A stretch of 64,000 bases of DNA from Lama guanicoe (lineage: Eukaryota): positions 1,667,031 through 1,731,030 of the forward strand of contig MU053934.1 in the NCBI GenBank assembly GCA_013239625.1, read 5' to 3'. The position numbers and the translations under genes are program-made. The first letter of the stretch is position 1. Every line of letters starts with the position of its first letter. Positions 36,420-47,610 of the stretch are shown in pieces. The notes below the pieces were generated by a model. It saw only the letters and a list, made by a program, of their open reading frames with translations. It was not told the origin of the DNA and ran no database searches.

Positions 36420-36830
36420 CTCAAGAAACACATGATTCAAAATTAAAACAGTACAAAAGGGTCTGCAGAGAAACGTCTCCTCCCCATCCGTCTCCCCAGC
36501 CACCTGGCTTCCTTCTCTGGAGACAGCTGATGTACCAGTTTCTGAAGGATTCCTCCAGAAGTGTTCTGTGTACATATGAATATGCAGATGTGAACTTCCT
36601 GATGTGTTTCACGCAGATGGGAGCCTGAGATAAACACTGGTGTGCCCTGGCCTTTCTCAGTCTTGGAGACTGCTCCCTCTCTGTCCATGGAGAGTCACCC
36701 CCACCCCCCCNNNNNNNNNNNNNNCCACCCCCCCACCCCCCCACCTTGCTCTTTTTAAAAATAGCTGGTTTTCCACCATAATTTATTTACTTGGCTCCTT
36801 ATCGATGAATGTCTATAGTGCCTCTAATCT
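36420..36830 (-). mobile_element. Ancient L1 (L1ME-like) 3' fragment
   Basis: CATGATTCAAAATTAAAACAGTACAAAAGG...ACCAGTTTCTGAAGGATTCCTCCAGAAG...TCTTGGAGA. Confidence 0.65.
36711..36724. other. Assembly gap (14 N) inside a poly-C tract
   Basis: N run. Confidence 1.
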
Positions 36831-36929
36831 TTTGAGAGGATTCTTTTTAAAACACAGCAATGATAGCATTTTCCTTCTCTCTGAGGATAAAATACCAGGT
36901 CACTGGCCCCAGAGTCAGGCCTGGTCCAG

Positions 36930-37990
36930 CCCCCACCCCCTCTGGGGGGATTTCTCCTTCCCACTCAGAGTTGCAGACCCCTAGGTCTTCCTTCGGTTTT
37001 TCCAGCTTACCTGCTCCCCTCACCTGAGGGTTTGTATGCCCTTCTCCATTTACCTGGAATGTTCCCCCACTGTCACCTAGTTAACATCCCCCCTCATCCT
37101 TCAGATGTTAGCCTGAAAACTGCTTCCTTGGGAAAGCCTCCCATGATCCCCACAGCTGGCCAGGCCGTGTAGCCACACGGCCCTGTGATTCTGCTTCGTT
37201 ATCTCTCACCTCCTTTTTTTTTTTTTTTTGTATGTAATTCTTTTTTTTTTTCCAGCTGAAATATAGTTGGTTTACAATGTTGTGTTAATTTCATAGTGAT
37301 TTAGTTGTACACATATATATTCCTTTTCAGATTCTTTTTCATTGTAGGCTATTGCAAGATATTGAATATAGTTCCCTGTGCTATACACTAGGTCCTTTTT
37401 GTTTATCTATTTTATACATAGTAGTTAGTATCTGCAAATTCCAAACTCCCAGTTTATCCCTCCATCCTCACCTTCCCCCCAGTTATCATAAGTTTGTTCT
37501 CTATGTCTGTGAGTCTGTTTCTGTTTTGTAAATAAGTTCATTTGTGTCATTAAAAAAAATTCCACATATAAGTGATATCATACAGTATTTTTCTTTCTCT
37601 TTCTGGCTTACTTCATTTAGAATGATATCTCCAGATCCATCCATGTTGCTGCAAATGGCATTATTTTATTCTTTTTTAAAGGCTACGTAGTATTCCATTG
37701 TATATATATACCGCATTTTCTTATGCAATCATCTGCCAATGGACATTTAGGTTGTTTCCATGTCTTGGCTATTGTAAATAGTGCTGCTATGAACACAGGG
37801 GTGCAGGTGTCTTTTCAAAATAAGAGTTTCCTCTGTATGCATGCCCCGGAGTCTCACCATCTTTTATTACTATTCTGTTATGATGTCTGTAGCCCCCACT
37901 AGACTGGAAGCGCCAAGGTAGCAATCCTCCTGCTTTACTCATCACCAGGCCCCTAGCACCCAGCACAGTTCCCTGGCACAGAAAGGCATT
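36930..37990 (+). mobile_element. L2 3' region interrupted by an L1 insertion
   Basis: TCATCCTTCAGATGTTAGCC...GGAAAGCCTCCC before the L1; CCCCACTAGACTGGAAGC...CAGCACAGTTCCCTGGCACA after it. Confidence 0.7.
37218..37851 (-). mobile_element. 5'-truncated lineage L1 (~630 bp) with TSD
   Basis: Poly-T tail; TCCAGATCCATCCATGTTGCTGCAAATGGC; TSD TCTCACC(TC/AT)CTTTT at 37204-37217 and 37852-37865. Confidence 0.92.
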
Positions 37991-39044
37991 AGCTAACATT
38001 GACTGGGTGTTTCCTATGTCAGGCACCATGTAAGCACTTGATATGTAGTAATTCTTTTAATCAACACGAAAACCTATGAAGTGGATTCAACGATCAACTC
38101 CATTTAACAAGTGAGGAAACTGAGGCTCAGAGGGCTGGAGCAAGTCCCCTACGGTCACTACCAACTCTGACACTGCATGCTCCCCTGCCTCTGCGCATGC
38201 AGTTCAGTAAGTATTTGTTGAATGTGTGATTAAGGAATGGGAGAATGAAAACCAAAATGAACTCCCACTTTACAGACAGAAAAGCGGAGGCCCGTCTAGA
38301 GAGGAACAATTTGACCAGGTCATTCAATGAGGTGGAGCTGGGAGGGCAGTGCAGGGGCCTGATGGTGGGGTTGGATTCTCCCTGCTGCCCGACCTGGCCT
38401 CCCAGACTCGTACTTCCAGAGCCAGGAGCCCCAGAGTCAGCCCGGCTCAGTCCAGACTCCCAGATCTTACTGACTGTTGCCTCTTTCCTCCATATGTGGC
38501 TCTCCCCACACTTTCCCTAGAGCTTTCCAAAGCTTGCCTCCAGGCAGCTCTTCCCAGAAAGCCAGCAGGCAGCTCTTATGTCCCCCCCGCCCCCCACTCC
38601 TACTCTGACACCCCAGAGCATTAACCACAGTGTCAGGGCTGCAGGCAGAGTCCATGAATCGAGCAGCATCTTCATCCCCTTCTCACTCCCCACCTTTTCA
38701 GCTCTTCAGATGATTCTTGCCCTCTCATCAACACCGAGGTCTCTACGATTCTGGGAGTTCCCTTCTCAGACTTATTCTCCCGAAGAAGCTTTGTCTGTGT
38801 TCTGTACAAATGTCTCTTAGCAACATCTTCTACCTCATCTCTTCATAGAAAGTATTTCTCTAATGATCAAAGGTCTATTTTTTAAAGATTTTTTCCTTCT
38901 CAGTATTGCAAGAAGAATCTCTCTGCCTCATTAGGTACAGAGTGTTTTCATTCAATGACCCTCACGATAACCACAGGCGGTCTGTGTGACTTATCCCCAT
39001 TTCACAGATGAGGTTCTGCAGGGAGAACTCTGGCCGTGTGGGCA

Positions 39045-39522
39045 CTGCAATGTGCCCAGCCTCAGAGGTGAATCTTGATTGGTCTAAACCAAGCCTGATC
39101 ATCTCATTCCCCTTTGCCAGTGATTGGTGTACGGGTGAGCATGTGACCTAGTTCTGGCCAATGAGATGTAAGGAAACTTTTTCTTCCTCCATGGAAGAGA
39201 GAGCTACCCAGGGAGAAACATGCGTTTGTTTGTTTTTGTTTGTTTTGGTAGCCCCTTTGAGCTTTGGATACCATTTATGAGGACTTGATAGCCAGAGCTG
39301 TGGCAACCATTTTGTGACATGAGGCAATAAACTTGAAGGTGAAGAGTCAAAATGCTCAGAAAGGCAGAGTGGAGAGCCTGGATCCTTCACGGCTGAGCCA
39401 GTGGTCCCTGGGGCTACCTCACTCCACAGTCTCATTAAGTAAACACTGACATCCTTACAGTTGAATCACCACTGATCTGGTTTTCTGTAACTTGAAGCTG
39501 AAAGCATTCTTTACTGATAACA
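39045..39522 (+). mobile_element. Old MaLR solo LTR (MLT1K-like)
   Basis: TTGCCAGTGATTGG...CATGTGACCTAGTTCTGGCCAATGAGATG...TTTTCTGTAACTTGAAGCTGAAAGCATTC. Confidence 0.8.
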
Positions 39523-40564
39523 GTGAGGATGCTCTCACTGACCCCTCTGACATGCCTATGCTGCCTTAAGATGTGCCACATGAATTACAGACACAGGAAT
39601 GGGGCAGGGGTTCGGGGTGGTAGGGTAGGGAGGCGAATAAGCTGAGTGCTGGCTCCAAGCCCAGCTGCACCACTAACCCACGGTGTGGTCCCGGACAAAC
39701 TCATTTCCCCTCTCGTACTTCTGTCTTCTTCCTGGTGAAGTGCCAGGTTTGATTCCATCAGAGGCATCTCCTAACAATGACTCACAAGCCCCTAGAACCA
39801 CACAGGACTGCCTGAGCTTTTACTGAGGACAGTGATGAGTAGAAAGGGTCCGAGCTCAGCTCAAGGGTGAATGTTTGGAGGTGACTCAGTGAAGAATCAG
39901 AGGGCCTAGAAGACTTTATTCCTCTTCCCTATTTGTCAGCAATCCTTCATCGTGCCCCAGATTCAGGATGTATTTTTAGTGGAAATAAACTTGAACTGCT
40001 CAGGATGACACAATTCCTTCAGGAGTTTCAACACCACCTGCTAGAGAGGGAGACAGGTGGCGGTGGTGATACCCACTGCCCCAGTGGTTCAGGCTGGTAG
40101 GGCTAACTGGGAAAATCATTCATTTGCTATAAAAACAAACAAACAAAAATCTCCAGTGGCTGCAAGCCTGGGGTGAGGTGAGTGCATCTGGCCTGGGATT
40201 CAGAATCAGTGTCTTCGTGATAGACAGCAGCTAGCTAGGGAAGCAGAGCTGTTGTTTGAAACCTTGTTTGCCTCCTATACCTGGGGCTGGACCTTGCTTG
40301 TGTTTTGCTGAGCCCTTTGATATGTTTGGAGAAGCATGTTTGGGAGTGGGCAGCTGAGGGCACCCAGATCAATGGCAGCTCAACTGTAAGGACGTCAGTG
40401 TTTACTTATTGAGACCCTGGATGGAGGTAGCCCCAGGGTGGGACCACTGGCTCAGCTAAGAAGGACTCAGGCTATTCTGAGCATTTTGACTCTTCGCCCT
40501 CAAGCTTATTGCCTCGTGTCACAAAATGGTTGCCATAGCTCTGGCTATCAAGTCCTCATAAATG
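39272..40564. repeat. Long inverted repeat: arms 39272-39480 and 40364-40564, spacer ~880 bp
   Basis: Manual alignment: 39272-39361 vs reverse complement of 40475-40564 = 85/90 identical; inner arms ~85% identical with two small indels. Confidence 0.92.
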
Positions 40565-40629
40565 CTCTGCCTAAATAAAGGAGGAGAATTTAGTGTTTCC
40601 AGAGGCCTTGGAGAAGGCTATTATCATAG

Positions 40630-41041
40630 ACACTGCTGGCGCCCAGCCCAGACACCCTGGCAGGACTGGGCCACCCAAGCCCCTCCTGCTATGGATGTCG
40701 ACTATACCCTCCAACTGAGAATGCACCCCCCACCACCATAGAGACCTGGGAGGTCACCCTGCCCTCCCTCAGCCAATGAATGACCGATACAGGGATGTAA
40801 AAGGCCACCCCCTTTGGCTCAAGGCAGGATAAATCTGGGATGCCTCTCCTACTCCAGAGCTCCCATGGGACTGGGCTGAAGCTAAGATCCCACGTAACCC
40901 ACACCTCTGCTTTGCCTCTTCCTCTGCCCCGTCCTGATTTCCCCTCTGCCTTATAAGTTCCTCCTGAGGGCACATCCTTAGTAAACCATTTGTACAAGAA
41001 TCCCTGTCTCAGATGCTACTTCTACAGGACCAGATCTACCA
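40630..41041 (+). mobile_element. ERVL solo LTR, LTR16-like
   Basis: CTCCAGAGCTCCCATGGGACTGGGCTGAAGCTA...ACAAGAATCCCTGTCTCAGATGCTACTTCTA matches the LTR16 3' half. Confidence 0.8.
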
Positions 41042-41148
41042 TCATGGAAATGGGGAGGAGAGAGGGGCTGCTGGGCTGGATGAGGCCCCTTCACATGGGA
41101 CAAAATGACGTGCTATTTGAACTGCTAATGATTGTATGGGCAAGTTTT

Positions 41149-41622
41149 ATTTTTTAATTGAAGTAAGTTGACTTACAATGTTGTGTTAGTTTTCAGGGGA
41201 ACAGCAAAGTGATTCAATTATACATATACGTATGTATATTCTTTTTCAGATTATTTTCCATTATGGGTTATTACAAGGTATTTAATATATTTCTCTATGC
41301 TATACAGTAGGACCCTGTTATTCACCTATTTTATATATAGTAGTGTGTATATTGTTAATCCCCAAATCCCAGTTTATCCCTCCTCCCAGCCCTTTCTTCT
41401 TTGGTAACCATAGTTTCTTTTCTATGTCTGTAAGTCTATTTCTAGTTTATAAATAAGTTCATTTGTGTCATTTTTTTTAGATTCCACATATAAGAGATGT
41501 CATATAATATTTATTTTTCTCTGACTTCACTTAATATGATAATCTCTAGGTCCATCCATGTTGCTGCCAGTGGTATTATCTCATTCTTTTTTATGGCTGA
41601 GTAATATTTCATTATATAGATA

Positions 41623-41682
<60 letters not shown>

Positions 41683-41776
41683 GCACGCCTTCTTTATCCA
41701 GTCATCTGTCAATGGACATTTAGGTTGCTTCCATGTCTTGGCTATTGTAAATAGTGCTGCTATGAACACTGGGGTG
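41149..41776 (-). mobile_element. 5'-truncated lineage L1 (~630 bp) with perfect TSD
   Basis: Same family as 37218; TSD TGGGCAAGTTTT at 41137-41148 and 41777-41788. Confidence 0.93.
41623..41682. repeat. Compound microsatellite (TG)10(TA)11(CA)9
   Basis: Direct count. Confidence 0.95.
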
Positions 41777-42139
41777 TGGGCAAGTTTTTTAATCTCTGAA
41801 TGTGATGTAACCTCTTAGCACATCTCCTCCCTTCTTACGTACAATCTCTCATACACAGAAATGTCTTGCAAGTATAGATTTGTGTGTATGTGTGTGTGTA
41901 AACATAGGGTCAGGGGTTAGTTTCTCCAACTGGATTGATCCAAAACAGACACAGGACATGCAGGACAACAAGATGACCCATAAATGGCATTAACTCAGCA
42001 GGAACAGGAGATAGAGGTGGCCACGAGGACGTAAACGTTTTGAGAATTTGCACAAATGTTGGTGGGGGTACTTGGGGCTTTCTTGGGGAACAGAGTGGGG
42101 ATTGGAGTCATTCTTCTCTAGATCTTAAGGAGCAGAAAG

Positions 42140-42465
42140 ACCCCAGCTAGGGTGGATGACACTACCAGATAAATACTCAACAGCAACGTGCGCAGTTAAA
42201 AGACTGCATTTCCCAGAGCAGATGGAGTGGCCACTGAGACATAAATACAAGTTTCGAGTGGAACTGCTCTGAAGTCTTTTTAAGAAGAGCACACCATGGG
42301 CCCTTTTAGTCTTTTTCCTTTCTCTTCCTTCCTGTCTGGAACATAAATATGATGACTGGAGCTCCACCAGCTGTCTGGACTTTGAGGATGAAAGCCAGAC
42401 AATGAAGATGGCAGAGCAGAAAAATCCAAGGATCCTGAGTCTCTAAAGACCCCATGCCAGCCTCT
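42140..42465 (+). mobile_element. Old MaLR LTR (MLT1I/J-like)
   Basis: AAAAGACTGCATTTCCCAG...ATGATGACTGGAGCTCCACCAGC...GAAGATGGCAGAGCAGAAA. Confidence 0.7.
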
Positions 42466-42863
42466 TTTGAATTGTGCAGAAGTTGGAACGCTAGTGCTTG
42501 TAGCTGTACCCGATTCCTGATGGATGTCGGCTTTCACGGGCAGAGCCTGTCATGAGATGACCTTTTCCTCAGGATTATCAATATTGCTTCGTACCATGCT
42601 TTCCATGGAAACAACTTTGGGAAGCAGCCTAGTGATGGGGAAAGGGCATGAGCTATAGAGTTAGACTGAGCTAATTTGGATCTCAGGTGCTGCTTCCCAC
42701 CTGCATGACTTTTGACAAGTCAGTTTCCTTGATTGTCATTCATCATCTGTAAAACGGGTATAATAGAGTTCTTGTATGTCCTTAGATTCCTTTTCATTAA
42801 ATAGAATTATAAGGACTGTTTTTGTCTTTTTCCTTTAACTCCTGTGGGGGTTATAGGAGATGG

Positions 42864-42897
42864 TAGATAGATAGACAGATAGATAGATAAATAGATC
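42864..42897. repeat. (GATA)n microsatellite
   Basis: TAGATAGATAGACAGATAGATAGATAAATAGAT. Confidence 0.85.
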
Positions 42898-43479
42898 GAT
42901 CTCACCCATCTTATGGTCTGGCATCTAGTAGGTACTCAAAAAATGTTAGATGCCTTGACTTCACTCATCCCCTCTTCTATCTGCCTTGATGAAGTCTGAA
43001 TGAAATAGACAAGAATGTTCAATGAAAACCACGTATCCAGACCATTTGGTTGGTGGCTTGGGACTGGGAGTTGGGTTAAGCCAAGGGGTTGTTAAGACCC
43101 TTTTGGACTGAACATGGTGAGCACCAGAGCTGTCACGGGGGTAGAGGAGGGGGAGAAGGTGGAGGACTGACTTTCCTCTCTCCATAATCATAGAGATATA
43201 TACTTTCTCGGTTTGCTTTTTCAGCGGCTGATGTTAAAGGAGCCACAACAGCTGGAGAATTCTCCCTCTTCACTCCGGACGGCTGGGTCCCATACACATG
43301 CCCCTCAGCTGGAGACCCCTGAGCGTGCAGATGTAACGTGGGAAGTTACGCTTCCCCAGGCATTGGGGGTGGGGAAGCCTAAGGCTGTAGCCACCCCTTG
43401 GATTTAGTCTGCATTAGGCAATTAGCCAAGGCTCCACTTTGGGTTAGTAACAGCAGGGCAGGACCATGCCAAACCCTTA

Positions 43480-43690
43480 TATTAAAATGACAGCAAACAC
43501 TTACATGGTGCTAGGCTCCATTCTTTATGCTTTGTGAGTATTAACTCCATTCTCTCCCTTTACCTTTGGGTCAATCAGCGAAGACAGAGTGGCAAGTGAC
43601 TTGCCCCAAGTCACACAACTGGGCCTGCAGCTGGCCCCTGGGCCAGGGCTCCCAGCCTCTGTGCCATCCTCCCCTAGAGCTGGAAGGACA
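43480..43690 (-). mobile_element. MIR SINE
   Basis: CACTTACATGGTGCT...AAGTGACTTGCCCCAAGTCACACAACT. Confidence 0.7.
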
Positions 43691-44089
43691 TGCTCTGGGG
43701 GGTAGTGCACCCAGACCCGCTCACTTTATCCATTTGGAAAAACCTGGCTGAATGAAGCTCCCTCCTCCACAATGAAGCTGCAACTTGCTCAGTAATCAAC
43801 TCAGCAAAAGGTCAGACGTGGGAAGAGCAGATCACCCTTGACATTTCCTTAGGCTTTGTCACATGGCAGCCCCACAGACTGTCTCTAATCTGACCAGTAC
43901 GACTTGTTTTTCCTCCAGTTCTGGCTGGGATCTCCGGCTCCTTACCTCTGTCCAGATATAGAAGCTGGTGTGTGTGTAGGGCCCAGAGAGCATGAAAAAA
44001 ATGTGCATCTCGAAGTATTAGCTTCCAGCTCCAGGACGGGTGAGCAGGACCAGAGCTGATGGGGAGAATGGATGGGAGATGCCCTCACT

Positions 44090-44295
44090 CTGGGGCAGTG
44101 TCGCTTGGGTGGGGGAGGGGCTGTGGCATTCAGGGCAGGCAGTTCTTTGCTGTGTGGATCTGTCCTGTGGTTGCTCCCACCCGCCGAATGACAGTAGCAT
44201 TCATGGTGCCACAAAAAAATCCCCATGCATTTCTGAATGTGCCCTGGGGTGGGGCTGAGGGCAGAGGACCAGGGACCCAGACTAATATTCACTGA
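44090..44295 (-). mobile_element. MER20-like hAT-Charlie remnant
   Basis: GGCAGGCAGTTCTTTGCTGTGTGGATCTGTCCTGTG...TTTCTGAATGTGCCCTGGGG. Confidence 0.55.
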
Positions 44296-44323
44296 ATGAC
44301 ATGGGATAGAATAGCCATCCTAC

Positions 44324-44326
<3 letters not shown>

Positions 44327-44365
<39 letters not shown>

Positions 44366-44406
44366 NNNNNNNNNNNNNNNNNNNNNNNNNNNNNNNNNNN
44401 NNNNNN
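44327..44406. repeat. (CT)n microsatellite running into an assembly gap (N 44366-44406)
   Basis: Direct inspection. Confidence 0.95.
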
Positions 44407-44479
44407 CCCCCCCCCGTTGCTCACAAGCTTCAGTTCTCTAACTCCATCCAGCTTGGTGATGCCTGCTGTCACCCACACA

Positions 44480-44770
44480 GATCATAAAAAAGAACGTTTA
44501 TTTTACTTTCCCGGAGGCTAATTTGTACTTATTTTTTGTGCCGTTTTTATAATATTTTGATGTGAAAAAATCTCCGCACGTCAGAACAACTGTTCAGAAT
44601 GTTGACGAAAACCCTCGCTGACTTGGCACAATTCCACACGCCTTCTGTTTCGGTCTTGGGTCCACGGGTGACTCGTTAATTATTATGAAAGTTATTTCCC
44701 CACTGGCATTTGGGGTGGGAAGCAAAGCAGCCTGCAGGGTGTGGTGTAAATCGAATGTTGGGTTTAAGGG
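44480..44770. promoter_or_regulatory. Candidate conserved non-coding element
   Basis: Repeat-free, AT-rich yet CpG-retaining block with GCTAATT, TTTTATAA, TTGGCACAATTCCA (NFI-like) and GTTAATTATTA. Confidence 0.4.
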
Positions 44771-44799
44771 TCCTTGCTACAGAGTAATTCTCAGACTTG

Positions 44800-45480
44800 G
44801 GCGCAAGTAAAGCAGAGTAAGGGGGTGGTGAGGACGGGCGATGCTACTTTCAAGAGGATGATCAGGATCAGCGAAGGACTATTTACAGAGGTGACACTTG
44901 CAAAGACTCAAGTGAAAAGATCGTGAGGAGTGCAGATATCTGGGGAAGAACATTTGAGGCGGAGGGAAGAGCAAGTGGCCAGTCGTAGGGGGCAGGAAGG
45001 GATGTGTTTGGTGTACTGGGGACCCAGGACATCTGCAGGGCTGGTGGAGAGGGAGCAAAGGGGAGAGAGGTAGGAAGAGAAGGCAGAGAGGTGGGCAGGG
45101 TTTGGCACACGCAGAGTCTTCTAACACCGTAAGGGTTGGGGTTTTAGCTGAAGGAGAAGGGGAGCGATTGCAGAGCATGACACCAACTGACTCCCGCTGG
45201 CTGCTGTATGGAGAATAGGATGAAGAGGGCCAGGCTGGAGGCAGAGACCAGTTTAAGGGGCTGCTGCTGTCACACAGGCAAGACATGATGGTGCCTAGGT
45301 TAAGGTAGGGGGTGGCTATGCAACAGAGGTCGTGACGAGTGGACAGACGTAGGTAGGATCTACCTACGTGGGCAGAGCCATCAGAGTTTACTGACCACCT
45401 GGATGTGGGGAGTGAGAGCCAGGTGTAGTCAAGGGCCACTCGTAGGCGTTTAGCTTGAGCATCCGGGTACATGGTGCTTC
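44800..45480 (-). mobile_element. L2 (L2a-like) long remnant
   Basis: CAGAGGTGACACTTGCAAAGACTCAAG...GGAGGCAGAGACCAGTTTAAGGGGCTG...CTGGATGTGGGGAGTGAG. Confidence 0.85.
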
Positions 45481-47064
45481 TCCAGCAGTTCTTAGGTGCT
45501 GGGTTTTGTTCTTGGAACGGCCAGCAGAGAATGAGATGATGAAGACACGATGTCTGCCCTCAAGATCTCACATCGAGGGAGACACTCAGTAAACATTCCT
45601 GGAGGGTCTGGGTAAGATGATTCCCCAGAGCCGGGGAAGCCCCTTTTGGGTCGCCTTTTGTCAGTTTATCTGACTACACGTATCCCTTTCTGGGCCCCTA
45701 CTTGTATAAAAGATGTCAGGTGAGAAGCTGCCTTGGCATCAAGAACTCAGCTGGCTGGGCATCCCTGTAGGTTATAAATTCACTCCGGTTGGAAAGAACC
45801 AAAGAAATCTGTTGAGTAGAAACACAAGAGCATTCCAGATGAACTCTGTATAGGCTGATATGATAGCTATTATGTCATAGGAATGGTATGCTGTAAGAGA
45901 TGAATATGCTTTTAACCAGGGTGACCAGAAGCCGTGTTTTAATCTTGCTTACTCATCAGCTGCTAGCTGGCAGGAGAGAGCATGGGGCTCTCAAATTTTC
46001 TTGGCATTATTTTAGTCATCAATTATTCCTATGTGTTTCAGTGTCAGATGGAGCCTTCCTACCCCTTGAAAGCTTCGAAAATGTTTGTATCAGCCCCCAA
46101 TGCCATGCCCTGTGGGAGTCTCAATCCACATTTCTGTGACTCTAAGGAGAAGGCAAGGACTCCTATGATCTCCAGACTCTTGATTCCACTAGTATTGTTT
46201 TTGGCTCACACCAAACTGATGAGACGTGAAGCTCATTTCCTTCCTTACCCTCATTTTCTACTGTAACCTGATTATAAGTAAGGGTCCCACGTGGCCCACT
46301 CTTTGGACAGAATTGTATTCAGGATGCACAGTTCCCCAAAGGGTGGTTAAAAAGCGATTTCAATCTTTATTTTTATCTTTCCCATCAAACTGAAGAGGGT
46401 CTGAATCAAATCACATAGTTTTATTTCTCAAGATCCTCTTCCTGTCTGGCCGGTTCTCTTTCGCATGTGCTTCTGCACTTTTCTCCTGCCAAACCTTTCC
46501 ATCTGCCTCCCAGGTTTCCCCTCTTCTCTTTGGCCTTATAGTCCCTGTTTCTTTATTTCCGACCTTTCTTTGAATTAGGGATGTAAAATAAGATGCAAAA
46601 GACAGAACTTGCATTAGAGGGGGGGTGTGCGCCTGTGTGTTAGAGGAAACTTGATCAACGTTTTTTTATACTCATCCCCTCTCTTATCTGCCTACGAAAG
46701 TACTAATGATAATTTTCTCTGCCCACTTAACTTCTTCTTTTCTGCCACAGTCGTACAAAATAGTCATTAGCATCGAACACTTCACTGGGGATTTGGTGCG
46801 AGAAGGGGAGCAGGGAAAAAGCAAGGGTTTCCATCACAAAAATGCAAATCGCTGTAAAATGCACTTTCGGCATCTATGCTCTTAGGAGACCTTTCAGCTG
46901 CCACCACTGGGGGTTTGCCCCCACATTAGCCCATCTCAACCCATTATAATGGCTTCTTTGTATCACTTGTCTACGCTGATCTCCAGGGTCTCTCCTCTGC
47001 TCCTCCCGGGGGCAAACCACAAATTCCACTCCTTGCCTCTGCAATATGGTTCAGCCTGTGAGGA

Positions 47065-47610
47065 AAGGGGTTGAAAGCCGGGCACAGGAGCCAGACTGCC
47101 TGGTTTGAATCTTGCTCTGTTTACTAGCTGTGTGACCTTGGGAGAGCCTCCTAACTTCTTGCCCTTTAATTTCCTTATCTGCAAAACGGAGCTAATACTC
47201 ACACCTTCCTCACTGGGTTGCTGGGGGGATTAACTGGGTTAATGGACTTGAAGTCCTGAGGGAAGCACCTGGGGCAAGGCAGGTGCTCATGGAGCCTCAG
47301 CGTTATGACTTACTTCTTGATTCTTGGGCTCACACGTTACCTTCTAACGGAAGACTTGTCAAAGTCTTTTCCAAACAAAGGCTATTTCCTCTCCAAGAAG
47401 AATTTTGCCACCTGTTAATTCTATTTCACTCTGTTGCTTCTGTAAGTGGGTTCAAATCTGGACTCTGCTATTTCTAGCTCCATGATCTTGTGCAGATCCT
47501 TCAACCCCTGTGAATCTCAGTCTCCTCATCTTTCAAATGGGGACAATAAGGGGGTTTATTTCCTGTGAGTGTTAGGATTAAGGGAGATTATATGTGAAGC
47601 ATCTATGATA
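47065..47610 (+). mobile_element. Two MIRs (47065-47310, 47445-47610)
   Basis: GGAGCCAGACTGCCTGGTTTGAATCTTGCTCTG...AGCTGTGTGACCTTGGG; TCTCAGTCTCCTCATCTTTCAAATGGGG. Confidence 0.85.

Noticed and set aside
43946..44055. Possible minus-strand exon (CATCAG acceptor, GAG|GTAAGG donor)
   Set aside because: 110 nt, unrecognised translation, acceptor adjacent to a MER20-like fossil; no independent support.
44583..44596. Glucocorticoid/androgen response element-like AGAACA-AC-TGTTCA
   Set aside because: 2-bp spacer instead of the required 3 bp.
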